A stretch of DNA of 64,000 nucleotides from the NCBI GenBank assembly GCA_023437305.1, contig JAEZGN010000010.1:24420-88419 (forward strand), read 5' to 3'. This DNA comes from Bacteroidota bacterium. GTDB taxonomy: Bacteria > Bacteroidota > Bacteroidia > Bacteroidales > Dysgonomonadaceae. The number at the start of each line of letters is the position of its first letter. The stretch's first letter is position 1. The notes below the pieces were generated by a model. That model saw only the letters and a program-made list of their open reading frames with translations. It ran no database searches and was not told where the DNA came from. This document shows, in pieces, positions 32,827-43,172 of this stretch. The translations under genes were made by a program, and so were the position numbers.

Positions 32827-34917
32827 TTAGTCATTGAATGTTGGCAATGAAGAGAACTCTTTCGAATATCGAATCATTTGCTCTGCATAACCTTCTCTAT
32901 AGTTTATTTTTACATCTGTAATTTTACCATTGCTATCTTTTACCAATTCGAAAGTAGGGTTTACAAATCCTTTGTAAGGCTTCATATTCAACTTCTTATA
33001 TCGAACCAAAACTTCACTATGCAATTTTTGATCTACCTTGACAGCATAATTTTCTACAATTGCTTTTGCAGCCTTAAAGTCGCCTTCCGACTTTATGCGC
33101 TGAATTTCAGCTAACAGATTTCCGAACAGAGTACGCAATTTATTGTAATCATTTACTACAACGTATGTTTTTCCATCTCTCACTTTATATTCGACTACAT
33201 TATCCGTTTTTCCTTTTTCATAAACCCATTTAGCGATCAACTGACGATTGCGCATGTGCGACTCTTCGATATTCTTACCCGGCTCAATTCGTACCAACTG
33301 AGTCATAAGACCGTTCATCATAAACTTATAATACTCTGCTTTGTATGCATCACCATTCGGTATAATACCTAGTTCTACAAGCTTAGGATCGGCAAGGAAA
33401 TAAAGTCCGAACAAATCGGCACGGGCTTCTTCTATTGTCGAGCTAAATTCTCCTAATGCATTCGGATCAACCTCCGGTAACAATTTACCTGAGCCATGTC
33501 CTAAACATTCGTGAAGGTCGGTATGCAATACGTCTGTTATAAAGCCATACTGTTTTACTGAGTTGACTTCATGCTCAGACCACATAAACTCATCATTGAA
33601 GCCGGTATGTGCTCCAGCAGCATCGTAAGCCTCCATTATATTTTCTATAGTCACCGATTTTGAACCATGATCTTTACGTATCCAGTCGGCATTAGGCAGG
33701 TTAATACCGATAGGCGTTGCAGGATAACAATCTCCACCCAATTGTGCAACGGTAATTACTTTTGCAGATACCCCTTTCACACTTTCTTTTTTGAAACGTT
33801 TATCTACCGGAGAGTGATCTTCAAACCATTGAGCGTTTGAACTGATAACTTCTGTTCGTTTGGTAGCTTCTACATTCTTGAAGTTTACCACCGATTCCCA
33901 ACTAGCTTTAATTCCTAGCGGATCACCATATACTTCGGTAAAGCCATTTACAAAATCCACCTGAGACTTCAGATCTTCCACCCACGCTATCGCATATTCG
34001 TCAAAAGTCTTTAGGTCTCCTGTTTTGTAATAAGAGATCAACTTAGTAATAACCGCCTTCTGTTGGTCATTTTCAGCTACAGCCTCAGCCTTCTCAAGCC
34101 ATCCTACGATTCGTTCAATGGCAGGAGAATAAAGTCCTCCTACTTTCCACACATCTTCTATCAGCTTGTTTCCTTGTTTTATAAGGCGGCTATTAAGTCC
34201 GTAGGAAATCGGAGTTTGATCTGTCGTATCTTTCATTGCTCCATAGAAAGCCTGTACTTCTTTCTGGGTGACGCCTTCTCCGTAATAGTTATTAGCTGAA
34301 GACAGGATAAGGTCGTTAGCCGACTGATTTACTTTCTTAGCCATCACATTCGGATCGAACATAACAGGAGTAATCATTTTTATAAAATCATCCGCACTCA
34401 CAGACTCATTCCCCGATCGGCTGGTTCTTGGAATCAGATTATCGGGCAAGGCTTTTACCTGTTCGGCGAAGAACTGTTTAGAAAAACCCGGAAGGAATTT
34501 CTCTTCTCCATAGTGGTGATGTATACCGTTAGAGAACCAAACACGTTTCAGATACACCTCAAACTCTTTATAATCGTTCGTATTCTTGTCTCCTTTATAA
34601 TTTTCATATATAGCTTCGAGCACACGACGAATAGCCAGATTATATTTATTATTTTGGTCGTAAAGAATATCACGTCCTTCTATAGCTGCCATCGATAGAT
34701 AGTAGACTAGTTCCTTTTGTTGTAACGAAAGGTTATTGAACCCGGGAACGTAATAACGTAGAATTTGGAGATCGGCAAAGGCATCAACCTCATATTTAAA
34801 ATCAGCAGGAACAGAGTCTGTCAATGCAGCCTCTCCTTGGGATGCTTTTTGCGTTCCTCCACAGCCTGCGAACAACATTGAAAATCCTGTCATAGCAATT
34901 AATACTGTTTTTTTCAT
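32827..34917 (-). CDS. dipeptidyl peptidase III (M49), lipoprotein
   Basis: HECLGH zinc motif, EEARAD, PIGINLPN; lipobox FAGC. Confidence 0.92.
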   Translation of the reverse strand: MKKTVLIAMTGFSMLFAGCGGTQKASQGEAALTDSVPADFKYEVDAFADLQILRYYVPGFNNLSLQQKELVYYLSMAAIEGRDILYDQNNKYNLAIRRVLEAIYENYKGDKNTNDYKEFEVYLKRVWFSNGIHHHYGEEKFLPGFSKQFFAEQVKALPDNLIPRTSRSGNESVSADDFIKMITPVMFDPNVMAKKVNQSANDLILSSANNYYGEGVTQKEVQAFYGAMKDTTDQTPISYGLNSRLIKQGNKLIEDVWKVGGLYSPAIERIVGWLEKAEAVAENDQQKAVITKLISYYKTGDLKTFDEYAIAWVEDLKSQVDFVNGFTEVYGDPLGIKASWESVVNFKNVEATKRTEVISSNAQWFEDHSPVDKRFKKESVKGVSAKVITVAQLGGDCYPATPIGINLPNADWIRKDHGSKSVTIENIMEAYDAAGAHTGFNDEFMWSEHEVNSVKQYGFITDVLHTDLHECLGHGSGKLLPEVDPNALGEFSSTIEEARADLFGLYFLADPKLVELGIIPNGDAYKAEYYKFMMNGLMTQLVRIEPGKNIEESHMRNRQLIAKWVYEKGKTDNVVEYKVRDGKTYVVVNDYNKLRTLFGNLLAEIQRIKSEGDFKAAKAIVENYAVKVDQKLHSEVLVRYKKLNMKPYKGFVNPTFELVKDSNGKITDVKINYREGYAEQMIRYSKEFSSLPTFND

Positions 34918-35198
34918 TGAGTTATATATTTATTGTTCGATATTCTAATTGTACCTATAATCTCAAAAGGTGACAAAAGTGACACTTTTTTGATTATTTC
35001 ATGTGTTACCTTTTTTCTGTTCTACACTAGCTTAACCATGTCTAGATAATGTTTATTCAAAAAAATAAATTAACTGCAAATGTACATATTTTAAGAAGAA
35101 AATGATTGAAGAGTTTATCCTATTATTCTCGTATAGACTTCAAATACAAATTATTCCTTTCTAGCATTTCAGATTATAAAGCTACATAAGCTCTATTC

Positions 35199-35236
35199 TA
35201 AAAAAACTATCCGTACCTTTTCAGAGATACGGATAG
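35199..35236 (-). terminator. intrinsic terminator
   Basis: CTATCCGTA...TACGGATAG stem with a U-tract on the minus strand. Confidence 0.7.
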
Positions 35237-35271
35237 ATATATAAAGTACAACTATATTCTACCAAGCCGCT

Positions 35272-36402
35272 CTACCCTCTCAATACAAACAACGGAGTAT
35301 CTGAGTGGAACAACATCTTACGCGAAATACTAGGACTAAACATGCGGGCAAATATATTCCGTTTGCTGGTTGTTAGTGCCAATACCTGTATTCCGTCATC
35401 TTTGATATATTCGTCGAGGCTTTTCAGCATATCATTTGTATCAATAAGTTTATAATCCAGGTTCAAGTTTGGATACTGCTTAGAGAAATACGTTTTAATA
35501 CCTTGAAGTTTGATTTCATCCCACTGGTCGGATTTTTTCACAGCGATATGAGTCAGAGATATACGAATATTCTGATAAGGTTGTAATAATTTAGCTAACA
35601 AGTCGAACGAGATAAGGTCTCTTTGGCTAAAGTTTGTAAGAAATGCAATGTGCTTCACGTCCCTGAAATCCTTAAACGGAGTATTTTCGGGGATGGCTAT
35701 CAACGGTACATGTGTCATTTCTATCACCTCGGCAGTTACGCTACCTATCAGGTCGGCATCCTTTTGGTCTTTACCCCGAGTACCCATTACTATGATTGAA
35801 GGCTTATATTCCTTTGTGAACGTCACTATTTCTTCTTCAGGCAAGCCTTCCCTGAGTACATAAGAGTAATTCACAGACGGAAATTCTCCTTCAGATACTT
35901 TCTGATCGATAGTATTACAAAGGCGTTGAATATTTTCTTTTACTTTCTCTATTATATTTTGAAATTCTTTTTCCTCTTTACCCTGATAAGCAAAAGCTTC
36001 TGCCATAGGAAGGGCAGTAGGATAATAAGGGTTGAAATACACATGGAGTATTTTGACTTTTGCATCCAGCTCACGAGCCAGATTGAAAGCTATACGGCAA
36101 GCCTTAAGAGAGTAATCGGAGAAGTCTACAGGAATCAAAATCCTTTGGCGTCCATCATCGGTACGGTATGTTTCTTCTTCATCGTAGCTAAACAAATGGC
36201 GACTTTCTACAACACTCAATGCCTTAGGAAGATCAGACTCCTTTATTCGGATACGAACTCCCGCCGATACTCCGGGATTATCAAGATCTACATCATTGAT
36301 ATGTACTTCAATGTTCTCACCTTCCAATACTTGTTTTAATATTTGGGCTTTTTCATTTGTATGAATAGCTAGTGTTACTAATTTATCTTCCATAATCGGC
36401 AT
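35272..36402 (-). CDS. universal stress protein (N-terminal DUF2007-like domain + Usp domains)
   Basis: ILIPVDFSDYS, IVMGTRG...GSVTAEVI. Confidence 0.85.
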   Translation of the reverse strand: MPIMEDKLVTLAIHTNEKAQILKQVLEGENIEVHINDVDLDNPGVSAGVRIRIKESDLPKALSVVESRHLFSYDEEETYRTDDGRQRILIPVDFSDYSLKACRIAFNLARELDAKVKILHVYFNPYYPTALPMAEAFAYQGKEEKEFQNIIEKVKENIQRLCNTIDQKVSEGEFPSVNYSYVLREGLPEEEIVTFTKEYKPSIIVMGTRGKDQKDADLIGSVTAEVIEMTHVPLIAIPENTPFKDFRDVKHIAFLTNFSQRDLISFDLLAKLLQPYQNIRISLTHIAVKKSDQWDEIKLQGIKTYFSKQYPNLNLDYKLIDTNDMLKSLDEYIKDDGIQVLALTTSKRNIFARMFSPSISRKMLFHSDTPLFVLRG

Positions 36403-36495
36403 ATTTATATTATTTCTTGTACAAATTTTGTAATCGTTTTTTCTCAGTATGGCAATTTATCATGCTCAGTAGCTAACAACGCTAAGCTATATTCG

Positions 36496-36533
36496 AAAAG
36501 AGATGAACACTTTCTGGCGTATTCATCTCTTTT
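36496..36533. terminator. intrinsic terminator
   Basis: AAAAGAGATGAA...TTCATCTCTTTT inverted repeat. Confidence 0.7.
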
Positions 36534-36539
36534 ATTTTT

Positions 36540-36794
36540 TTAGACCTCCTTTGATTCCATCATTTCTAAAGCCATATCTAAAATAGTGGTATCATCAATA
36601 GAGACATATCCTCCATCCGGCCCGGGTTCTATATGAATTCCGCAACTTTGACCTTTTTCGTAACTATATCCGCCAAAGTAGTTCCACACAGTTTCTACCG
36701 GGAGTTCTAACTTTTCTGCTATTTGGTGTATACTTCCATCAGGCAAGGTGTCCTTAATCCTTCTTAGCTCTGCAAATTTGATAACTCTAGTCAT
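36540..36794 (-). CDS. small conserved Bacteroidales putative DNA-binding protein
   Basis: ELRRIKDTLPDGSIHQIAEKL HTH-like segment; GIHIEPGPDGG. Confidence 0.75.
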   Translation of the reverse strand: MTRVIKFAELRRIKDTLPDGSIHQIAEKLELPVETVWNYFGGYSYEKGQSCGIHIEPGPDGGYVSIDDTTILDMALEMMESKEV

Positions 36795-36872
36795 ACTCTC
36801 TAAGTTTTAAATGGTAAATGATTAGGAATATGTTCTAAAGTTATAAAATTCTTTTTTGAAAAGCAATGGATT

Positions 36873-37568
36873 TTATGCGGGAATATTAAATACTGCGCTA
36901 TAAATAGCAATCGAAATCACCAAAACCCAAATTGTGCACATTAGTATCTGAGCCCTAACTTTTGTGTAGACAGGAATTTTCAATTCTTCTTTAGGAACTT
37001 TTAATATATACTTGCGTGAGGTTAAATAAACATAATAGACAGAAATACCAATCAATGCGCCCCATATCGCACCCCCAACCACATCGGACACAAAATGTAC
37101 TCCAAGATATATTCGGGAGTATCCCGTTATGCATGCCCATAAAAGAACGGTGATTGTATAATATTTATACCTGAAAAGTAGAGATGTGAAAGCGACAATA
37201 CCAAAACCATTGGCTGCATGATTGGATATAAACCCATACTTTCCTCCACGATAATTATGCACAGTGTCTACATAGTTCTGAAAATCGGGATGGTGGGTCG
37301 GTCTGAGACGTTCAAAAAAGGGCTTTATCAGAGAAGAAGAGACATAATCGCAAAGCACGCCAACCAGAACGGCACATAGCAGTAAGAGAAGAGCCTCCTT
37401 CCATTTTATTTTGTAAACAAAAACACCTATTGCAACTACAGCGAGTGGCAACCACACAAGCTTACCGCTATATATCCACATAAAAACATCCCAATAAGAG
37501 GTATGCTGATCATTAAGCCACAAAAAGAGATCCCTCTCATAGGGTAAAATTCGTTCTACTAAACTCAT
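36873..37568 (-). CDS. PAP2 family phosphatase
   Basis: KPFFERLRP, SNHA, SRIYLGVHFVSD. Confidence 0.9.
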   Translation of the reverse strand: MSLVERILPYERDLFLWLNDQHTSYWDVFMWIYSGKLVWLPLAVVAIGVFVYKIKWKEALLLLLCAVLVGVLCDYVSSSLIKPFFERLRPTHHPDFQNYVDTVHNYRGGKYGFISNHAANGFGIVAFTSLLFRYKYYTITVLLWACITGYSRIYLGVHFVSDVVGGAIWGALIGISVYYVYLTSRKYILKVPKEELKIPVYTKVRAQILMCTIWVLVISIAIYSAVFNIPA

Positions 37569-37612
37569 TAAAATAATATTCTCATATAAATATATAAATG
37601 GAAGAAAAGGAA

Positions 37613-38467
37613 TCAGATTATTTCCAGCTTATCTCGCTGTATCCACCCCACTGTACCATTATCGATTTCTACCTCAAGCCAGTTACGATCTTCTTTTGTT
37701 ATCGACACTTTCGTTCCTGCATGCAATATAGTAAGTTCCTTACTATTTATATCCGGAGAACTCACCATAGGAGCCGAAGCAGCCATCACTACCGCAGTGT
37801 CTCGGTGTTCCAACCTGCTCTTTTGCCTGAACGAAAACACATTGGCAAATATAACGACTATAATGAATACTATACCGGTATAAAAAGCTATTTTTTTAAT
37901 CGTAATCAGTTTCGTGAAGAAGAATAACACTAAACAGCCGATCAATAGGAGAAATGAAACAACACCGATATTCGCCCAGCTATTTGAGCTAAACAGATTT
38001 TGTACCCCATTGAACCAGATGCTAAGGAAGAACGTATCAGCAACAGGAATCTTATCTTCAATCTTAGTCATAATATAATCTATATTATGCTTCGTATCCC
38101 TGTCTCCCGGATCAAGCAAATGTGCTCTTTCGTAATATAGACGGGCTTTTGCTATTTCATTAACTCGATAATATGAATTACCAAGGTTATAATACAATTC
38201 CGCAGACTCTAATCCCTGTTTCTTTTGTTCATTCTTTTCGTTTTCGAGCAAATCTATTGCTTTACGGAAGTCTCCGCTATTATATAACTCGTTCGCTTTA
38301 TCAAATACAGTATTATCACCGCCCTTATTGTCTGCAATCGTAGCAGAAGGCTTCACTGTTGCACTATCTACTTTTACACTGGCCGTATCTTGCGCATACG
38401 ACGATATAGCGAATACAAAAAGGAAGAATATATATGATAATATGACTCGTTTCATCTCACTCATCAT
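37613..38467 (-). CDS. batE: BatE (TPR + SH3)
   Basis: YYNLGNSYY TPR, two TM helices, LHAGTKV...GWI SH3; position in the bat operon. Confidence 0.88.
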   Translation of the reverse strand: MMSEMKRVILSYIFFLFVFAISSYAQDTASVKVDSATVKPSATIADNKGGDNTVFDKANELYNSGDFRKAIDLLENEKNEQKKQGLESAELYYNLGNSYYRVNEIAKARLYYERAHLLDPGDRDTKHNIDYIMTKIEDKIPVADTFFLSIWFNGVQNLFSSNSWANIGVVSFLLLIGCLVLFFFTKLITIKKIAFYTGIVFIIVVIFANVFSFRQKSRLEHRDTAVVMAASAPMVSSPDINSKELTILHAGTKVSITKEDRNWLEVEIDNGTVGWIQRDKLEII

Positions 38468-40302
38468 TATTTTATTTTTTTGATTGTATTTTCCATTTTA
38501 CCTATAGCATCTACCGTATCGCTATAGAGTTTATCCATAGCATCATCCGACCCAGAGGGAGCATAACGTGCAAACTCTCCGGTATCGAGTATATTTATAA
38601 ACGTTCCTATAATATCGTCCCCAACTCCATATTTGCGAAGTTCTGTCTCAATATTCTCTCTGTTGAGGTCAGCAACAGGGATAGTCAGTTTATCGCTCAG
38701 ATACCCCCACACTGCACGAAGTATCTCTTCGTAGAAATTATCTTTTTTGTGAGTAAGCAAATATTGTTTGGCAAGTTTCAGACGTTTAGTTGCAACTTTA
38801 TTTGCCTTCTTGGTACGCATCAATGCTATATCTGCATTTGCCCGTATTTGTTTCCTATAAATGATAGAGAAGATAACAAACAATACAAACGGGATCAGAT
38901 AGCAAAGAACATAGGAAAGAGAACCAACAAAGAAGTTGTTCGGATTCTTAAACGAATAGCCGCCTGTTTTTATATAACGTATATCCTGATCTATCTCCAG
39001 TTCTTTCTGATTAGAATAACTTGTCGATACATTCTTCCCTGCATTCGGATCTTTATCCACTTCCAATTCGTAAGATGGAGAAGATACCGTTTTGTAAGTA
39101 TTGGTACGTGTATCAAAGTATGAAAATTCGATAGGAGGAATAGTGAATTTACCCGGATAACGAGGGATAAACATATATTCTATCGTCTTTGTACCTGTCA
39201 GCCCATTCTCTGTCAGTTTATAATCATTCTTCACCTGAGGATCGTAAGTCTCTATATCCTTAGGGAATTTTATTTCCGGATTTTTTATAAGCTTGAGGTT
39301 ACCTGTCCCCGAAATATTTAGTTTGATGGTTACAGCATCGTTAGCCTTGACTTTCTGTGAAGAAATAGTAGGAGTAAACGCAAATGCACCCACTGCTCCC
39401 GAAAAATTAGCGGGTTTATCCTGCAACGGAAGAGCCGAAATATCGACAGTAACAGGCGTTGTTTTCAATATTTTCTTAGCTTCTGTCATCACATCCTGAG
39501 GGCCGAAGAAGGTCTGTACTTTACGTCCTGAAGACACCTCAAAAACAATCTCCATCGTTCCCGAAGGGATGGTTATTTTACCCGAGCGTTGAGGAAACAA
39601 AAGTGTCTTCTTTACATCTATTGCCATGTAGTTTCGACCTTTATAATGCTCGGCTGTCATTTGTCGGTTTGTGGCCATATCAAAATCCTCTGTCATGAAG
39701 CCTTCAAATTCAGGGAATTGTATTTTACCTACATCTCTGATATTAAGTACGGTATAGAATCGGAATGTTACTACAACAGCTTCCTGTTCTTTTACTTTAG
39801 TTTTAGAGAATATAGCTCTTACAAAGGCATCATCAGGACTCACATTTCCTTCTTTCGATGTCTGGGTAATTATTTGAGGATTACGTCCCGGCTGTTGAGG
39901 TTTTGCATTCTTATCAGGAGGCAACACTTTGATTTGTGCTGTTCCCGACTTATAATTCTTGCCATTAGCCTTAATTGAGGCAGCAGGCAGAGTAAATGTA
40001 CCCTCAGCATTAGCCATCAGCACATAGGTAAAAGTCGTATTGCTCTCCGAGCTAACCTTCCCATTGATATTAGAAGAGCTATAAACCTGAGATACAGAAG
40101 GTCCGAAAAGAATATCAAATCCTCTTATTTCATCAGGAATCTGGATGTTGTTTCCACTCCCTCCTTTCAATATATATTGCAGTTGTATCTGAGCTCCTTT
40201 TACGGTAGACGCAGGAGCATTGATGACAAACGAGATGTCATCGGCCAATATTTTTGAAACACTTATGAGTAATAATATCAATAAAAACGAACACCTCTTC
40301 AT
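38467..40302 (-). CDS. batD: BatD
   Basis: Ig-like BatD repeats (GFDILFGPS, FSGAVG), a TM helix and a C-terminal helical domain (EFARYAP). Confidence 0.9.
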   Translation of the reverse strand: MKRCSFLLILLLISVSKILADDISFVINAPASTVKGAQIQLQYILKGGSGNNIQIPDEIRGFDILFGPSVSQVYSSSNINGKVSSESNTTFTYVLMANAEGTFTLPAASIKANGKNYKSGTAQIKVLPPDKNAKPQQPGRNPQIITQTSKEGNVSPDDAFVRAIFSKTKVKEQEAVVVTFRFYTVLNIRDVGKIQFPEFEGFMTEDFDMATNRQMTAEHYKGRNYMAIDVKKTLLFPQRSGKITIPSGTMEIVFEVSSGRKVQTFFGPQDVMTEAKKILKTTPVTVDISALPLQDKPANFSGAVGAFAFTPTISSQKVKANDAVTIKLNISGTGNLKLIKNPEIKFPKDIETYDPQVKNDYKLTENGLTGTKTIEYMFIPRYPGKFTIPPIEFSYFDTRTNTYKTVSSPSYELEVDKDPNAGKNVSTSYSNQKELEIDQDIRYIKTGGYSFKNPNNFFVGSLSYVLCYLIPFVLFVIFSIIYRKQIRANADIALMRTKKANKVATKRLKLAKQYLLTHKKDNFYEEILRAVWGYLSDKLTIPVADLNRENIETELRKYGVGDDIIGTFINILDTGEFARYAPSGSDDAMDKLYSDTVDAIGKMENTIKKIK

Positions 40303-40354
40303 TACTCTCTCAATTTATTTTTCTAAAGATTATCACAAAAGTAATATTTTTACT

Positions 40355-41209
40355 TTATATAGCTTTCAAGTCTTGAACACGTATAACCACCGAATCTATT
40401 TTCAACACCTTGTCGTTAGTCACCGACTCGTCGTATACATCTCCCCAAATATCTCTTACTTTCCGTCCCGTAGGAGTCGAATACTGAACAGTCACTGAAC
40501 CCTCCGGCAATACCATTTCTCCGATTTTGCGGGGTTGCAAGAGTAGTTTCCGCATTTCCATAACTTTATATGTTTTTCCGTTTATCACTTCTTCAGAAAA
40601 CGACTGTCTCAAGCGGGTTATATCACTCGAATAGAAATCATTCAGATATGGAAAGTCTACATCAACAATCTTATAAATGTCTTTTGTTGTATATAGCAGA
40701 TAAGAGAGAGTTAACGTATCAGAGAGGTTAACACTGGTTTTGGAGGCTACCACTTTTAGAAAAGCATCTACATCCTTCACCTTAGCTATATTCTCTTCCA
40801 GAGAGCGTACTTCTATCTTAAAACTTTCCGATTTATACTTCTTACCATCGATATTCACTTCTGCCTGTGGCAAAGAAAACTTACCCTTTTCGGGTGCACG
40901 AAGTATATAGGTTGATGTAGCCGAAAAAGACTGTACCCTCTTCCCTTTTTTGAACACGGTAGAAGTTGATGCGGACAAAGAAGGCCCGTAAAGAATTTCA
41001 AACCCATTCATATTTTTGATGATTACAGGTTCTTTTACTTCCTTATCACTTTCCACAATATAAGCGACTGTAAACTGCTCTCCAACAGTTACCGTTTCAG
41101 GTGCTTTTATCCTCACTTTGTTCTCCTGTCCTGCTAAAGAGATATAAAAAGATAAGGCGAAGAACAAAACTAAAAGCCGATGGAATGAGAGAATATTACT
41201 TCTTTTCAT
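40355..41209 (-). CDS. short BatD-like paralog
   Basis: Signal peptide; aligns by eye with the N-terminal half of the adjacent BatD (GFEILYGPS, DAFLKV, LLQPRKIG); no TM anchor. Confidence 0.75.
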   Translation of the reverse strand: MKRSNILSFHRLLVLFFALSFYISLAGQENKVRIKAPETVTVGEQFTVAYIVESDKEVKEPVIIKNMNGFEILYGPSLSASTSTVFKKGKRVQSFSATSTYILRAPEKGKFSLPQAEVNIDGKKYKSESFKIEVRSLEENIAKVKDVDAFLKVVASKTSVNLSDTLTLSYLLYTTKDIYKIVDVDFPYLNDFYSSDITRLRQSFSEEVINGKTYKVMEMRKLLLQPRKIGEMVLPEGSVTVQYSTPTGRKVRDIWGDVYDESVTNDKVLKIDSVVIRVQDLKAI

Positions 41210-41211
41210 TA

Positions 41212-42009
41212 TTACCAGTCTTTATTCTGCTTTCTGTTATTTTCATTCTTTTGCTTGCGTTCCTGAGCCTTCGCTTGGTTTACGCGTTCTTGAGTATTTT
41301 TTTCGTCTTGTTCTATAGCTTGCAACATCTGTTGCATATTGTCTTGCGACATTTGATTTTGATCCTTCTGATCTTTTTGGTCTTGTTTCTGATCCTTGTT
41401 CTGATTCTGGTCTTGGTTTTGATCCTTATTTTGGTCTTGTTTTTGATCTTTGTTCTGATCTTTATTTTGATCCTTATTCTGATCTTCGTTTTGTCGATCT
41501 TGTATCATTTTCTGTACAACAGCCAGATTATAACGTGTATTGTCATCTTTCGGATTCAAACGCAATGCGTTTTTATACGCTTCCATCGACATTTTCAGGT
41601 TATCCGCCTGCTGCTGTTGGGGTTGTTGGGGTTGCTGCCCCTGAGGTACGGGAGCTTGTTGGCCTTGTCCTTTTTCATTTGCTTTCTTCTTCAGGAAAGT
41701 GTTTCCCATATTACTCCAAGCAGCACTCATCTTGATAGGATTCTGATTCTCCAATGTGAGATAATGTTGATACTCTTTCAAGGCATCGTCCCACTTTTGT
41801 TGTTTGTAATATGCATTTGCAAGATTGAATGAAGCTTCTTTCGATGCGGCATCATCTTTCAGCGCTTTGTGATATTCGGCTTCGGCAGCACCGTATCGTT
41901 GGTCTTTATATGCCTTATTACCTGAGCGAACGGCCTTGCGTGCTTCTTTCTGAGCCGATAAACTAACTGCGATCAGGGTAAAAAGTGTTATAAATATAAT
42001 TTTTTTCAT
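41212..42009 (-). CDS. batC: BatC (TPR protein with Q/D/N/K low-complexity linker)
   Basis: Signal peptide MKKIIF; AYKNALRLNPKDDNTRYNLA; ends KDW. Confidence 0.88.
   Translation of the reverse strand: MKKIIFITLFTLIAVSLSAQKEARKAVRSGNKAYKDQRYGAAEAEYHKALKDDAASKEASFNLANAYYKQQKWDDALKEYQHYLTLENQNPIKMSAAWSNMGNTFLKKKANEKGQGQQAPVPQGQQPQQPQQQQADNLKMSMEAYKNALRLNPKDDNTRYNLAVVQKMIQDRQNEDQNKDQNKDQNKDQKQDQNKDQNQDQNQNKDQKQDQKDQKDQNQMSQDNMQQMLQAIEQDEKNTQERVNQAKAQERKQKNENNRKQNKDW
41350..41490 (-). repeat. coding 12-bp-period imperfect repeat (DQNK/DQKQ)n in batC
   Basis: EDQNKDQNKDQNKDQKQDQNKDQNQDQNQNKDQKQDQKDQKDQNQ. Confidence 0.8.
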
Positions 42010-42119
42010 TTCGTCGATATTCAATTATGATGTCATTTCAAAACAAAGTAATAAATCTTATATCTCTCCGACTAAGCTCTTCGTTACCTTAGCATGACAA
42101 AAAACGTGCATTACTTATC

Positions 42120-43148
42120 TTACTTAAACAATCTTATATTTCTGAATATTCTATTCTTCTTATCGAAGATGCAAATCTCTACAAAGAGCAGAACCAATAG
42201 AGCCCATGCAAAAATCTGATATTTTTCGTCATATTCAGAATATGCGATGCCATCTATTTCCTTCTTCTGTAGTTTATCCAGCTCTGCCTGCAAGCTTTTC
42301 AGTGCACTGTTAGAATTATCAGCATGCGCATACAATCCTTCTCCGGCTTTGGCTATCTGACGGCACATTTCTTCATTAAGCTTGGTAACTACGGGTTGCC
42401 CTTGTGTGTCTCTTTTTATGTCTCGTGAATTTTCAGCTTCGGGAATCATTGCACCCTCTGCCGTTCCTATCCCTACTACATTTACATGCACACCTTTACT
42501 AGCAGCACGTGCAGCAGCTTCTTCTGCATTACCCTCATGGCTCTCTCCATCTGTGATAAGCACAATCGCTTTATCTATATCCGCATCGTTAGAGAAGCAA
42601 CTCATGCTTATATCTATAGCACTTCCGATGGCAGTACCCTGCACAGGCACAAGACTCGGATTGATCGTTTCGAGGAATAACTTCGCCGATTGGTTGTCAG
42701 GAGTCAGAGGAAGCTGTATAAATGCCTCTCCTGCAAAAACTACAATTGCTACCTTATCATTCTTACGTTCATCAATAATACGAGTCAGTATTTGCTTTGC
42801 CTTTACCAATCGGCTCGGGCTGATATCTTCAGCCATCATCGAATTAGAAACGTCTATAGCAATTACCAGCTCTATTCCTTTTTTATCGACTTTCTCAACC
42901 TTTGTTCCAAATTGTGGACGAGCCAAAACGATGATACCAAATCCTACAGCAACCATCGTTATCCAGAATTTGAGATAAGAACGTTTTAACGATAGTTCCG
43001 GCATCATTTTCTTCACCAAAGACAATGTCCCCAGCTTTTCCACACTTTTACGTTTAGCTATATTCAATAAGATAAAGCCAACAACAAATAACGGTATGGC
43101 AAGGAACAAATATAGGAATTCGGGATTTGCAAACTTAAATACACTCAT
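42120..43148 (-). CDS. batB: BatB VWA protein
   Basis: LARPQ, DVSNSM MIDAS, LITDGE. Confidence 0.9.
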   Translation of the reverse strand: MSVFKFANPEFLYLFLAIPLFVVGFILLNIAKRKSVEKLGTLSLVKKMMPELSLKRSYLKFWITMVAVGFGIIVLARPQFGTKVEKVDKKGIELVIAIDVSNSMMAEDISPSRLVKAKQILTRIIDERKNDKVAIVVFAGEAFIQLPLTPDNQSAKLFLETINPSLVPVQGTAIGSAIDISMSCFSNDADIDKAIVLITDGESHEGNAEEAAARAASKGVHVNVVGIGTAEGAMIPEAENSRDIKRDTQGQPVVTKLNEEMCRQIAKAGEGLYAHADNSNSALKSLQAELDKLQKKEIDGIAYSEYDEKYQIFAWALLVLLFVEICIFDKKNRIFRNIRLFK

Positions 43149-43172
43149 AATTAATGCTTACACTTATTTTAT

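Noticed and set aside
33490..33515. HECLGH instead of HELLGH in dipeptidyl peptidase III
   Set aside because: Known variant in Bacteroidales DPP III enzymes.
41350..41490. Periodic repeat as a possible CRISPR or VNTR system
   Set aside because: It is a 12-bp-period coding repeat without spacers; a low-complexity linker is normal for BatC.
41101..41832. 243-aa hydrophobic ORF on the plus strand (poly L/I/V)
   Set aside because: Antisense shadow of the Q/D/N/K repeat in batC; no independent coding evidence.
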